A stretch of DNA of 64,000 nt, taken from contig OX337229.1 of assembly GCA_946965045.2 (NCBI GenBank), forward strand, positions 2,976,001-3,040,000, read 5' to 3'. The notes under the pieces are model-generated. The model was given only the letters and a program-made list of their open reading frames with translations. It was not told the DNA's origin and ran no database searches. Below are positions 45,281-56,641 of this stretch, piece after piece (within the stretch, counting starts at the first letter, position 1; every line of letters begins with the position of its first letter). This DNA is from Epithemia pelagica (taxonomy: Eukaryota; Protista; Bacillariophyta). Made by a program: the position numbers and the translations under genes.

Positions 45281-48200
45281 CTCCCCACAACTCGTCGTTT
45301 CAGTCTTGTCATCATTGGATTTGTTGAGGTCTTGAACTTCTCCTTTCCAAAACAACAATGGCTTGAGCATGGGCCAAATAGATACGAAATCCCAATGTTT
45401 GCTAAGGATATCGGCAGGGTTGGTCTTTCCATCTTTCCAGTAGAATGCAACATACTTTGCTGCGATGGCTTCACGAACTCGGTGGTATGACAGAAGATGG
45501 TGTCTCTTGGATAGTATGGAATGAGGAACGGTTGCATTGAGCACAACAGATCTGTTATTTCCGTACATGTAACTTCGCTCTCGGATAGGTACTCCAAGGT
45601 AGCGGAGAGAATGTCGTAGTTCTGTAATCTGATCTATTGCTGTCCTTGCAGCCACAAACTCGGATCCATAGGTAGCAGTTTCCACCGTGCTCTGTCTCTT
45701 GCTGTACCAGTCAATAGGTGTTCCGTTCAACAAATGTAGAACAGCAGTGACGGATTTACCAGTGACTATGTCATGCATGAGATTGGCATCAACATAATGA
45801 GTTGTGGTAACATAGCGGCCAAGAGGTGTTGGGCAGTCTTCAGGAATACGTTCACTTGCATTCGAATAGACAGTGCCAGTCCAATCAAATTCTTGGGTAG
45901 GAAGACTTGAATAATCAGGCTCTCCAATCCTAAATCTGATTGCGCCTTCTGGGAGATGTGCAAGGTATCCATAGATACGCTTGGCTCTATCAAGATGTCC
46001 TTTCCTCGGAGCAGCACGAAAGCGTGATAGCGTCATTGTAGCGGTGAAGACGTCGAAACGACCAATAGTGATCGTCCATTGGAGTTGTCCAATCAGAGTT
46101 TGGAAATGGCTAGTACCTTCTTCATCAAGGAGCTCAGAATCATCCAATTCAGGATGGTCTCCACCAATAAGAGGTGTTTTGGCTTTCTTGGGTTTCTCCT
46201 TGAAGATTCGTTCGAAAGTGCCCATCATCTTACCAATGTAGCGTCTTGGATCTGCTACTTATGTTCCATCAGAATCCTTGGTGTAACAACATCCCAAGTG
46301 GAAATCAATAGGTCCATCTCCTTTGAGTTTGAAGTTGTATTTCTCCTTCAGGATCTTGCAGATATCCCAGGATCAGTAGAAAAAATGGCTAAGTCATCAA
46401 CGTATACGGCAATGTATTCGTAACAGTCTTCTCCAGGTGCTTTCCTCATCCAGATATCCGGATCTGCTTTGCTTGGTGAAAATCCCATGTCTGTCAAAAC
46501 ATCGAATAAGACATCATGCCAGCGTGCGCCTGATGACTTCAATCCATAAAGTGCCTTGTATATAATCAGGATGTGACCTTCTAATTCCTTGAATTCAGGT
46601 CCTGCAACAATGAAGATTTTCTCCCCTGTCAAGGCTTCCAGATATGCGTTTCCAATATCTGCTCCCCATATTTCCAAGTCATTCAAAGTACCCAGGAATA
46701 AGGCAATGCGGAGGTTGCGAATGGAAACAACGCCTGAATAGATTGTCTCAACAGGTTCTTTTGTGAGATGTCCATCTGCGACAAGTCTTGCTTTATGTCG
46801 TCCATCATGTTTTACGTCAAAGACAAGATGTACACGTATCTTATGATATCCTTCAGGTGCGTTGGATACTTTCCCTTTAATGAAGATGGCTTTCCCAAAA
46901 TCCTTGAATGTCTTGTAGGATTGGATCTGTGACAATTCTAATTCTGTTGCATCCTGCCACTTTGTGTTGCCATGTTGTTTATCAAGAGCGACAGCTTCCT
47001 CATAATTGCGTGGTACTTGGAATCCGAACTTATACTTGACGGAATGGTGAACTTGTTTAATCCTTGACTGTTTGGCTGCTCGAATGAGACGTTTGCTTGT
47101 TTTGACATAACGTTTCAAATGCTTCCATCCAGGTCCGTTGAGTAAACCATGTTTCTTTCCATAAATTGCTACAGTGATCGGATCATCATTGGCGATGAGT
47201 GATAAAGGTTCATAGGTAGTCTCCCCAGTTTCCCAATCAACAAGCAAATTATATTTGCTCCCCTTGTAATCTGGATCAGTTGTGTTCAGTGGGCCTTGAT
47301 GGGCAATGACGTCCCTGAACCTGAAAAGATTATCTCCAGAGGTTTGAGCTTGGTTATCTCGTTCGATATAGTACTCCATGAGTTGATTATAGGATATCAT
47401 CTCATCAACATCAGAATTTGTCTTTCGGTAGATGTACTTGACACGTTCTTCCTGTTTCGTTGCTTCTTCATTAAGATCAATGACTCGTTTGATGACACGT
47501 GCACGGTGTCGCTCCCCATTTTCTTCTGTGTCGCATAGGAATGTGCGTCCTATCATGTCGTCAAAATCGATCGTGGGCATTGGTTTGGATGGATCTTCAC
47601 TATCACTGCGAATGAAGACAGTGTCAGCTTGCTTATCATTGTCATCCTTCTCAGACAAATCCTCCCCGAAGGTCGATCCACACGTAGGTTAGGTGTAGTG
47701 GATTCAACACGGCGAACGGCAGAACGGTAGATTATCTGGTTATCCTGGGTGAGGATCTTCCAAGTAAAAGAATCACCAACGTTGTGAGCAAAACCAACCC
47801 AGTGGCCAAGTTTCTCATCAGAAGAAGATGGATATGAACCAGAATTGGGTTCAGCGGGGTCGACACGGTAGTAAACCTCATCCCAGAAAGGAAAGAACAA
47901 GAGATGAGTAATGTCGGGTGGGCGTCCGGAGAGAGCCTCAAGAGGAGTGCGACCGGAATGGGTGGGTGATGATGTATGGTTCAATAAGTCACAGACATAC
48001 TCAAGGCAAAGAAGCCAGGTGTTGGCAGGGCAACCAGTGGCATTCATGAGAGCGTTGGTCATACGTTTGACGGTCTGGTAACGGTTTTCAGCCTTATTCT
48101 GGTGTTGATGATAAGGTTCGGATCGATACTCCCCAATAAGCAAAGTGCAAAGAATGTCTTTGACCTTTTGAGAGATGAGAGATGAACCACCATCACTGAT

Positions 48201-50963
48201 AAGAGTCTCCATGGCACCACGAAACCGTATGTTGTCCTGAAGAGTATTGACAAACTGTTTGGTTGACTTGATCCCATAGATATCAGTAACCAGAGTATCT
48301 CGACCAACAAAGATTTGTGCGACTTTACCGCCATGGTCAACAGCAGGGGTGTCGGAGAAAACCGAGTCAGTAGCAACGGGTTCATGACGTCGAGGTATAT
48401 TAAGGACCGGATTGCGAGCCTTGAAATGTTTCTTGAGGGTGTCGTGGTCAAAAGTAATGCTACCATTACGTGTAGTGTGCTTGAATGTATCGGCAATAAC
48501 ATCTTCAGATTGCCAACCAAAGAATGGACGGAACTTCTTCCAGTCATACGCTTCCTGGTAACGACGGTGGACAGAGGCATGAAGTGTAGGATCATTACCT
48601 TCTGCGTCAGCATAGATAGAAAAGAAGGGTGCGTCGTCAGGTCCATGATCGTATGGGAGATCCAAAAGGAGATTGAGGTTACAAACAACACGATCAGTGT
48701 ACTCCCCATAGTTGTCATATGGATGGTTCGACATACTACCATCAGTCTTGACGTGTTTCCAATCAGGATCATTGTCAGAGGGTGTGGGAGAATACGAATG
48801 GTCCAGAACACCAGGATCCCATGTGTCGGGTGACGTGAAGATGATCTGAGGTAAGGTATTCATGTCATCGTCGCTGGGGATACCCAAGGAGTGGATGTAG
48901 GCTAACCCATCCTTGATGTGAAGGGGTATAGCACGACCATCAAGTGTAGTGATGCGTTGTTTACCATCAACTTTAACAGATCGTTCATCAACAGCAAGTC
49001 CGAAATGCTCGAATTGACCAGGAGCATGGATAGATAAGCCCTTTCCATAATAAGCATATTCATTGAAGATGCCGACAATAGGTCCATCATTGGTCTCAAA
49101 CTTTGCGGCACATGTGACGACAGGAAGTCCAGTAAGTTCATGGTCATCAATACCCACAATAGTGATATGGCGGCCAGTCTTAGAAAGGATGCGTATGTCA
49201 GAACCAGCAAGTCCTCCATTAGCACCACGGTCAATCAATTGATTTCCTGGTAAAGTAGATTTCCTGGAAAACAAATAGCGTGGAACATGTCCTGCTTGTT
49301 TATGCATGTTGGCTTTGAAAGTAACCTTCTTGCTCGTCTTGGACTTGGCGTTAGAAAGAACACTAGTCAGGTCAGTTGCCGGGTGATTGATATCAGTCGT
49401 CATGGCTTGGTTGATAAATTGTGTAACCGGATCTGAATCATCTGGATGCTCAGGGACTACGCCAGGTGAGTCGTCATCAGATGCAACTTGGTTGGGGTCA
49501 GGATCAGGTTCCGGATCAATGTCGAGGGCATGTGTTTGCACTTTCCTTGGTGTTGTTGATGAAGGTGCTTGAATCATCTTGTTATACTCAATGATCAACT
49601 TGCGATCTTCTTCAGAAAGTTTGAACCATAGGTCACGCGGTAGACTAACCTTGGACGAAGAGGATGGAGATTCAGATGTCGCTTTGGTGTTGTGGACATG
49701 ATACTCCATATTATCTTGTGAGGTTATGTCAGCATCTGTATCTTGGCCATATAGTGATTCATGTTGTTTGACATGTCGACGGCGACTATGAACAGATGAC
49801 TGGGTTGCTTGATCATGGTCATAAGCTGCGTCTAGAAGGAGACGGAAGTATGATTGATAGCAAAGGGATTTTGCACCGGATTTGGTGTTCACCACATTAT
49901 CCAAGATCTTGACTTGGCGGAGATCAGGTACCTTTTCTACAGCTTGCATGAGGAAGGTCATCCTGGTATGATCAGGGATGCGATCAGACAATGTCACTAG
50001 ATTGTCTAGCAAACGTAGCTGCTCTTGAAAGTGTAGAAGAAATTGACGTGTTGTTCTGCGCCATGTGTCGTCAAGACGTAGATTGGAAATGTAGTTGGTT
50101 AAACGGAGGACTTCTCGTTTTGCTAGGTCGGATTCGGTATGCAAAGAGTGTAACTTCTGCAATACGGCACGCGCATCTTCATCATGTTCATGTTCACGTA
50201 CATAGGCTTGACCTTGGTCAGTCTGAATGATACGGACAAGAACGGAGTAAAGAAATACTTGTTGCTCTTGAAAAAGTTCTTCGGCATACTCATCATCATG
50301 GGGTGGTGTGTATTTGAAATTCAGAACGTTGGATAGGCCTTGAGCCTTAGCTGTAGTCTTGAATACACGCCAGAATGAATCGTAGTATCGTTCATCCTTG
50401 AATATCTCATATGCAGTTGCGTCGCGCTTAGTTCCCTATCTGAATGCTGTAAGGTCTTGTTGAGATTGGGATGCGGCAGTAACTGTGCTGACAGATTTCA
50501 CAGATGACGGTGACTTCATTGGCGAGACTGGAACTTGGCTAGGTGGTCCCTTAGAGAAATCTGTGTTGATCCTCCAAGTGTTGAACTCTTTCCTCGTTAG
50601 GTTCATCCAGTCGCTATTGGATAGCTCGTCTTGAATTTCATTGGTCTTGTATATGGCCCAATAAGCCAAGAGCTTGATCTGCTGTCTTGTGGGGCCTTGT
50701 AGATCATGTGTCTGTTTGTTGACCTTGTATTGTGTCAGTTTGTTCATGGATTCCTCGGTATTAGTTTGCATATACGAGATAACATGGGTAATGTTCTCAA
50801 AACCATGGTATTTCATCCACTTCATTAAGTAGTCGGCCCTTTCTTTGGTAAAGAATTGGCAGACAGCAAATATGATGTGGTCGAATAGGTCTGTGTTCGA
50901 GACATTGTCTTGGCTATCTTCTCCCTTAGGAGTCATAGGTGTCTTGGGTGATTGAGGATCCAT
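45275..50963 (-). pseudogene. Copia gag-pol polyprotein, disrupted
   Basis: Protease LIDRGANGG. Integrase VATDSVF/LISDGG/KAENRY. RT KARLVADGH, ADIGNAYL, KALYGLKSSG and YVDDL. RNase H YVDANL, TYGSEF and NPADILSK. Lesions: TAG 50436-50438, frameshifts near 47660 and 46360, TAA 46259-46261, and RNase H G-D-N appearing as GNN. Confidence 0.92.
45281..45290 (-). promoter_or_regulatory. Polypurine tract (TTGTGGGGAG on the element strand)
   Basis: Purine-rich run directly abutting the 3' LTR. Confidence 0.7.
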
Positions 50964-51283
50964 GGTGTTATTTGGTTGGTTCGATGTTTATTTAATGTGC
51001 GATGTGATGTGGTTTATTTAATGTGTGATGTGATGTGAACCCGGATGTACCACGTGTGCCACGTATGTACCACGTATGTGATACCCGGATGTGTGTTGTG
51101 ATGTGCGACTCCTGGAAATTTCCGCTGATTCCGACAAATTTTCGCCGAGTTTCAACAAATTTTCGCCGAATTTTCGCGATTTGACGGGAATGTGTGGCGT
51201 GTTGTGCGACCAAGGGTACCCGGATGTGCGTTGAGTTTAAGTCTTGGAAAGGTTTTGAGAGGACGGGAGTTAACTATGAGTAA

Positions 51284-52047
51284 TTAAGCTTCGGTTTCCG
51301 AATCTCCACTCTCTTCCGAATAATCAGAGTCGTTTCCAGGCTCAGATGGGGCAGCACAAGCAACAGAAGAAGGGGTATCACATTCAGCCAAGTGGTTCTC
51401 GACCTCGGTACGCAAAGGGAAGATAGTTGCACGATGGTCCTCGATGGTATGGACCTCGTGGATGTAGGCAACGTAGTTATCTAGGCGTACAACGTTAGGA
51501 GGCAGAGGGCAAGTCGTCGTGTTCACGACGTAGATGGTATTGTAGTATCCAGTTGGGCGCTCGAAGGTTAGGAAGCGGAGGTGGACAGTACGGATGCGGC
51601 CAAGATGAGGCGACGCCTCGAAGAACGATGAAGTTGGTCGTTCAGACCGTCAATGTCTTCTTGGTCGACGATGTGGGTCACCGATTGGAACTGGCGTTCG
51701 ATCTGGGTCTCCCCACGGATGATCTCGGGATCGAAGGTCGAAGAAGTTGGTTGACGGAAGTACTTGATATGATCAGCAATCAACCGGGTGGTACGACGGG
51801 ATCGAGAAGGGACGAGCCGACAAGGCGGACTCGGGGGCCGAAGCAACGGCGCAGGGATCGGAGCGTGAGGCTGGGTTGGAGTCTCGAATAGGTTGCTGTT
51901 GGAACTGTCGACGGAGATGTTGACCGATGTGTTGGCTGCCTTCGGCGTTGGCACCAGTTCCTGCTGCACCAGGGTATCGGGCTGCCCGGGATGCAGGTTG
52001 GCTCGATAGATCTGTCGTACAGGAGTGATAAGCTCGTTAGTATCCAT
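51284..52047 (-). pseudogene. Extra sense ORF in the Copia 5' leader, probably split by a 1-bp deletion
   Basis: ATG ORF 52047-51568 and an open frame running to 51284 join if one T is restored near 51625 (LHR-FFEASPHLGRIRTVHLRF...). No known domain. Confidence 0.45.
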
Positions 52048-52069
52048 GAAACCACAAGGAAATAAGCTT

Positions 52070-52083
52070 TGAGACTGTTAATC
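52070..52083 (-). promoter_or_regulatory. Putative primer-binding site complementary to a tRNA-Asn(GUU) anticodon arm
   Basis: The + strand reads TGAGA-CTGTTAA-TC, abutting the 5' LTR. This equals tRNA positions 27-40 with a GTT anticodon loop. Confidence 0.55.
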
Positions 52084-52870
52084 TGTTACAATTCTCTTGG
52101 AATTGCAGGGACATTGATGCTCGGTAGAGCAGACAATCAGGTAGGTCACCAACCGATACAAACCTCTCCACGGGTAAGAGAGGAAAGCAAGTCGTAGTCT
52201 ATCAAAAGGATAGTCGGGACACAAAAGAAGATGTGATAAATGGTGATATTGTTAGATTGTGTGTGTTGATTACTACGATAGGTCTACGTGAAATGTTCGG
52301 TCCTGCCAAGGGTCATGTGTCATAGGTTCTTGGCGGCAACAGGTTTGGAATAGTTGGAGTCGATTCATGTGATGTATATGACATGTATATGTGGACGGAT
52401 AACATATACAGGGTCAACAGCTCTTGCTTTGGATTGGCATAGTTGTTTTCATGGCGCGCAGCTTGTTGACAATTTGGAGATTGTGGGAATGGAAATATGG
52501 TCTCGCGTGATCGTGTGTCGTGCTTGGGATACTTAGACCGTTGGGTCGGATAGATGCCGACGGCGCTCGGATGTCGCTTGGGCGCGCTCGATGATTTCGG
52601 GCGCGTACGCTTAGGGCGTTAGTATAATGTCCGAGCAACGGCCAAATTTACGTCCGTTGTAATACCGCACGACCCAGTTTAGTCTTGAGAGTGAGTTCGT
52701 CAATCTATTCTCACTTTTCATGATTTGCGAAGAAATATAGGTCGATATAGCGCAAAGCTAGGGAACATAGCTCGAAGCTAGATGGCATGATGCGATAGCA
52801 CGAGGCTATGTGACATGGGGAATCGATGAGATGTAGAATCTAACCACCATAGACGGTGAGAATTCTAACA
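52084..52870 (-). repeat. 5' LTR (787 bp)
   Basis: Partner of 44496-45280. Confidence 0.97.
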
Positions 52871-52875
52871 CCGCC

Positions 52876-55800
52876 ACCACCAACTCTCACACCAACAACA
52901 AGAACCAACAAACACAAACAACGTCAACACAACACGACACCAACAGCACCAACTCCAGCAACAATGGCCACTTTTGCCCAACAAGCAGCCGACTTGGGAA
53001 ACCTCCGGGCCGCCCACAACCGCCTCACCGCAACCATGCCCATCGCCACTCTTACGCCCGAACGAATAGACAAAGTCTCCTCCTCACTCTACCCTCCAAG
53101 GATTGACCCACCACACCACCTCCGCAACCACATATACACCCCCAATCATCACACATCCATCCCAGATAGCACCTTCAAGAAAGCCTTACACCGTCTCAGT
53201 CAAGGCACAGCGCCAGGCCCTTTCTCCGCCTCAATAGACACACTCAGAAACCTCGGATTACAACGCTCCACTTCCCACCCGTGCTCGGACAGGCCTTACT
53301 TCAACAACCTCAAAACGCTGTTCACCACCATTCTCAACAACCAAATTCCCCCACCGATCAGACCCCTATTTTCGTCCATACACTTCTTCGCCCTCCACAA
53401 GGACATGAACAACTTAAACAAACTCCGCCCAATTGGAATTGGCACAGCACTCCGACGCACGGCAGCCACAATCGCCTTAACCCTCACCAACAACGAAATC
53501 GAACCCTTTCTTACCCAACAAGGACAATATGGAATCAACACAAGTGGAGGCGTTGACTTCACAGCCCACCTCACACAACAACAAATTGACAAATACATCA
53601 CTACCACCGACGACACGACCACCGACAACACGACCAAACCACCATCCCGTGCCCTCGTCCTTCTAGATTTAACCAACATGTTCAACGCCTGTTCGAGATC
53701 ACGATGCCGTGAAATCCTCCAAAGCCACGACGCAACAAAACCACTAGTGGCACTGTTCGACCTGCTCTATGCCTCCGACACCAACAATTGGTACCGAGAC
53801 CCCGATGGAAACAACAAAACACTCAACCAACCAGAGGGATTCAGTCAGGGTTGTCCCCTCAGCCCGTTATTTGCATGCCTCGTATTGGCCACACTTACCA
53901 CCACAATCAATAAAACCCTCTCCACCCGTGCACTCGAACGCATCCGCCAACACCTCACCAGTGACGACAACCTCGGCGGCCTAGCCCACACCGCAAGTGT
54001 CATGGACGACACATCCGTCTGTCTTCTCCACGAAGATCTCATGCCCTTTCTCCAACAAATCGACACTCTAGGCAAACCCTTCGGCATCCACCTCAACAAA
54101 AGTAAAACTCGAATCCTATCTTCCACCAACGGAACCAGCCCCGTCAACATACTGTCTCCCGCAAACCGCGCCCATCTCCACAACGCCCTCTCCGTCCTTA
54201 ACCCAATCAACCCAGCCGACGCAGAAATAACCACCGGCACCAGATTCCTTGGCCATCCTATCGGGAACGACGCCTTCATCCAACAATTTCTTACAACCAA
54301 ACTTGACAATATCGAACAGTCCGCCTTGGCCATCCACGCCCTCCACAATTCACAAACAAAATCGATCCTTTTCCGATCCTGCATATTACCCAAAATCACC
54401 CACCTCCTCACCGCCGATATTCTCCTTCTTCTCCGCCACCGGTCCAACACACCCCCAACTTCCACACTGTGGCAACACTTCCTGTCTCCGCGACTAGACA
54501 ACATTGCAAAAACCTTCCTCCAACATCTCACCCAAACCCAACAAATCCCTGACCACTCTCTCTACATCGCCCACCTTTCTTCCGCCCTTGGTGGCCTCGG
54601 CTACCCATGCCACCGTACCACAGCCGTACCCTCTCTCCTAAACTCCCTGGGACGCTCCCTCCGCCTTGCCACCAATGAACACTACCCCAAAGCCCACACC
54701 AGTGTCTTTTTCCAACAACCCTCAGGTCCGCCAACCCACTCCCTTCAACACCACTGAACACTACCGGAACTACACTCACATTTTTCTTCCCTCTTCCCAA
54801 ACTTTCTTCCTTTCCGAGTTGCCAATTTCCACACGTACCCGCCCAACGCACAACGCCAACTCGCCGTCGCAAACCAGGAGACCCACCTTCTCCCTTTGAT
54901 TGTTGCTTCCACACCACCCGAACTGCGCCGAACGCTACCTTCCGCACTCTCAAGCCTCACAAGTAACCCCCTACACCAGCCACGCTTCCTCAACCATTTC
55001 AGAATCCCAAATTCTCTCTTTGAAACGGCCGTCTCGCGAAAACTCCGACTTCCTTTCCTCCCCCACCATTTCCCGCCCCAATGCTTCTGTGCCTCCCACC
55101 CGCGACTTGATCCATACGGTGATCACCTTTTTTCATGCCAAAAACACCACAAAACAAAACTCTCCAACAAGTTACGCGACGCCGTCTTCTTCCTTGCACA
55201 AGACCTCGCCCCCCGCGCGGAATGGACCCGCACCTCCTCCGACGTCCACATGGAACCTACCAATCTTCTCCCTCACCACCCACAAAATATCCGTCCAGCC
55301 GACATCGGCCTGGCCTTACATCCACCACTCCCGGACAACCGATTTTGGTATCTCGCCATCGACATCACCATCCCTCCCTCTCATCCTCATCTCCCCCCAA
55401 CAGAGCCTTCCCCAGCAGAACAACAACGTTATGGTCAATCGTTCGATTCACTTGCCAACGATGCCTCCCAGATTCACCATCACGCTGCTCGGCACAAGTT
55501 CACGCACGACACAACAACCACAGCTCTCATCAACACCCACAACCTCCTCCTCCTGCCTTTTTCCATCGACCACCTTGGTGGACTCGGTCATTTTGCCCAC
55601 AACTTTTTCTTCGGCCCACCTCCTTGGTACTCACTCTCCCCCTCCAACCCCCCATCATGGCCCACCCCACAACTTGGACGCTCCGACCGCTGTCTTCCTC
55701 ACACCGATGGTTTTTTGGCATTTAACAACCTCCTACAATTTGCCCCTTCAAACCTCATCCACACTGCGCAAACTCGCTCCCAACCAACACCAGCCCCCTT

Positions 55801-56044
55801 TCAACAGTCTCTCCGACGCCATGCAACCCTCACTCTCGGTCATGCCATCACTACGGCCTTAGCACAGCACGTTCTCGATGCCCTCTCCACCACAGACCTC
55901 CACCTCTCCCAACAACGAAAACTGAGCCGTATCCAAAAATCTTCTGTTTTCACCGTCTGCCCGGCTACCCGATACTTCCCCCACCCATATAACCCCCACA
56001 CCGCGTATTCCGTTTCGGACCACCCCACCCACACTCTAGATTAG
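52876..56044 (+). pseudogene. Non-LTR ORF2, 3' part (RT, zinc knuckle, restriction-like endonuclease)
   Basis: ORFs 52856-54757 and 54896-56044 share one frame, separated by a single TGA (54755-54757) and an open linker. Confidence 0.85.
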
Positions 56045-56641
56045 TCACACCCATAACCTATTCTAGCACACAAAGATAACCAAATCCACGAGTAGACGGC
56101 GAGAGGCGAAAACATCACGGATGATTGATTCGCAGCAACAACGTACTGTATAGTCTGTCCAAGCAGATCGCTGTAAACGACAAACCGAAGAGACGTCGAG
56201 AATGTGTTTGGGTACCAAACTCTTTTCCGTATCTTTGAGCTAGAGGAGTAACTTGCGGGCAACTCAATGGAACAGAAGGAAGACCAACACCGTAAACTTC
56301 ATGGAATGAAACCTTTCCCAAGTCCTTGCTGAAAGACTATATCATCGGTGCTCATTTGAGCTTCGCAAAGCTTTCATGTTCGTAGGCGAAGGTTCGAGAG
56401 AAGATGATCCGATTATTACTTTTTCAAACTTCCAGACAGAGTTCATAGGAGTAGGATTAGTTGATAGCCTCCGTCCTAATGCCGTTCTCCTTTCTCCTAC
56501 CTTACAAGCTATTACTCCTCTCTAGAGCGTCTACTCATTTTTCAGGCTCATTTTTCTGTCGCATATTAGTCGCATAAGTCCAACTCGGAAGTCCTCTGCA
56601 CCACAACAATCCAAAATTTTGGAACAGAAGATCCTTTGACA

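Larger units (their letters stand above)
44496..52870 (-). mobile_element. Full-length Ty1/Copia LTR retrotransposon (CoDi-like), 8375 bp, TSD CCGCC
   Basis: Two near-identical LTRs with TGTTA...TAACA termini. CCGCC flanks both sides (44491-44495, 52871-52875). Gag-PR-IN-RT-RH order on the minus strand. Confidence 0.97.
42511..56044 (+). mobile_element. CRE-like non-LTR retrotransposon (restriction-like endonuclease type), degenerate, interrupted by a nested Copia; true termini not resolved
   Basis: N-terminal C2H2-like fingers. RT motifs TAPGP, KLRPIGIGTALRR, LDLTNMFN, GFSQGCPLSP, VMDDT and GIHLNKSKT. GGLG motif, CCHC-type knuckle CFC...DPYGDHLFSC...KLRD, and endonuclease RPADIGL...LAIDITI. 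Confidence 0.8.

Noticed and set aside
50436-50438. Programmed gag-pol readthrough at the TAG
   Set aside because: The stop falls inside the conserved gag motif FR-x-GTKRDA rather than at the gag/protease boundary, and the element has other inactivating lesions.
52062-52083. A tRNA gene at the tRNA-Asn-like sequence
   Set aside because: Only the anticodon arm is present, with no T-arm or acceptor stem. It is treated as a PBS instead. No convincing tRNA, rRNA or snRNA gene was seen anywhere in the window.
44764-52638. Duplicated small ORFs 44764-44946/52354-52536 and 44824-45048/52414-52638
   Set aside because: They are duplicated only because they lie inside the two LTRs, and they show no domain signal.
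11763-54757. Stop-codon reassignment or readthrough as an explanation for the many in-frame stops
   Set aside because: All three stop types occur as isolated lesions, intact genes in the window end normally with TAA, TAG and TGA, and frameshifts co-occur. Mutation or assembly error is simpler.
42186-56321. A host gene split by the non-LTR element (minus-strand ORFs 42186-42440 and 56041-56321)
   Set aside because: The fragments are short, contain stops in all frames, show no recognisable family, and no TSD links them.
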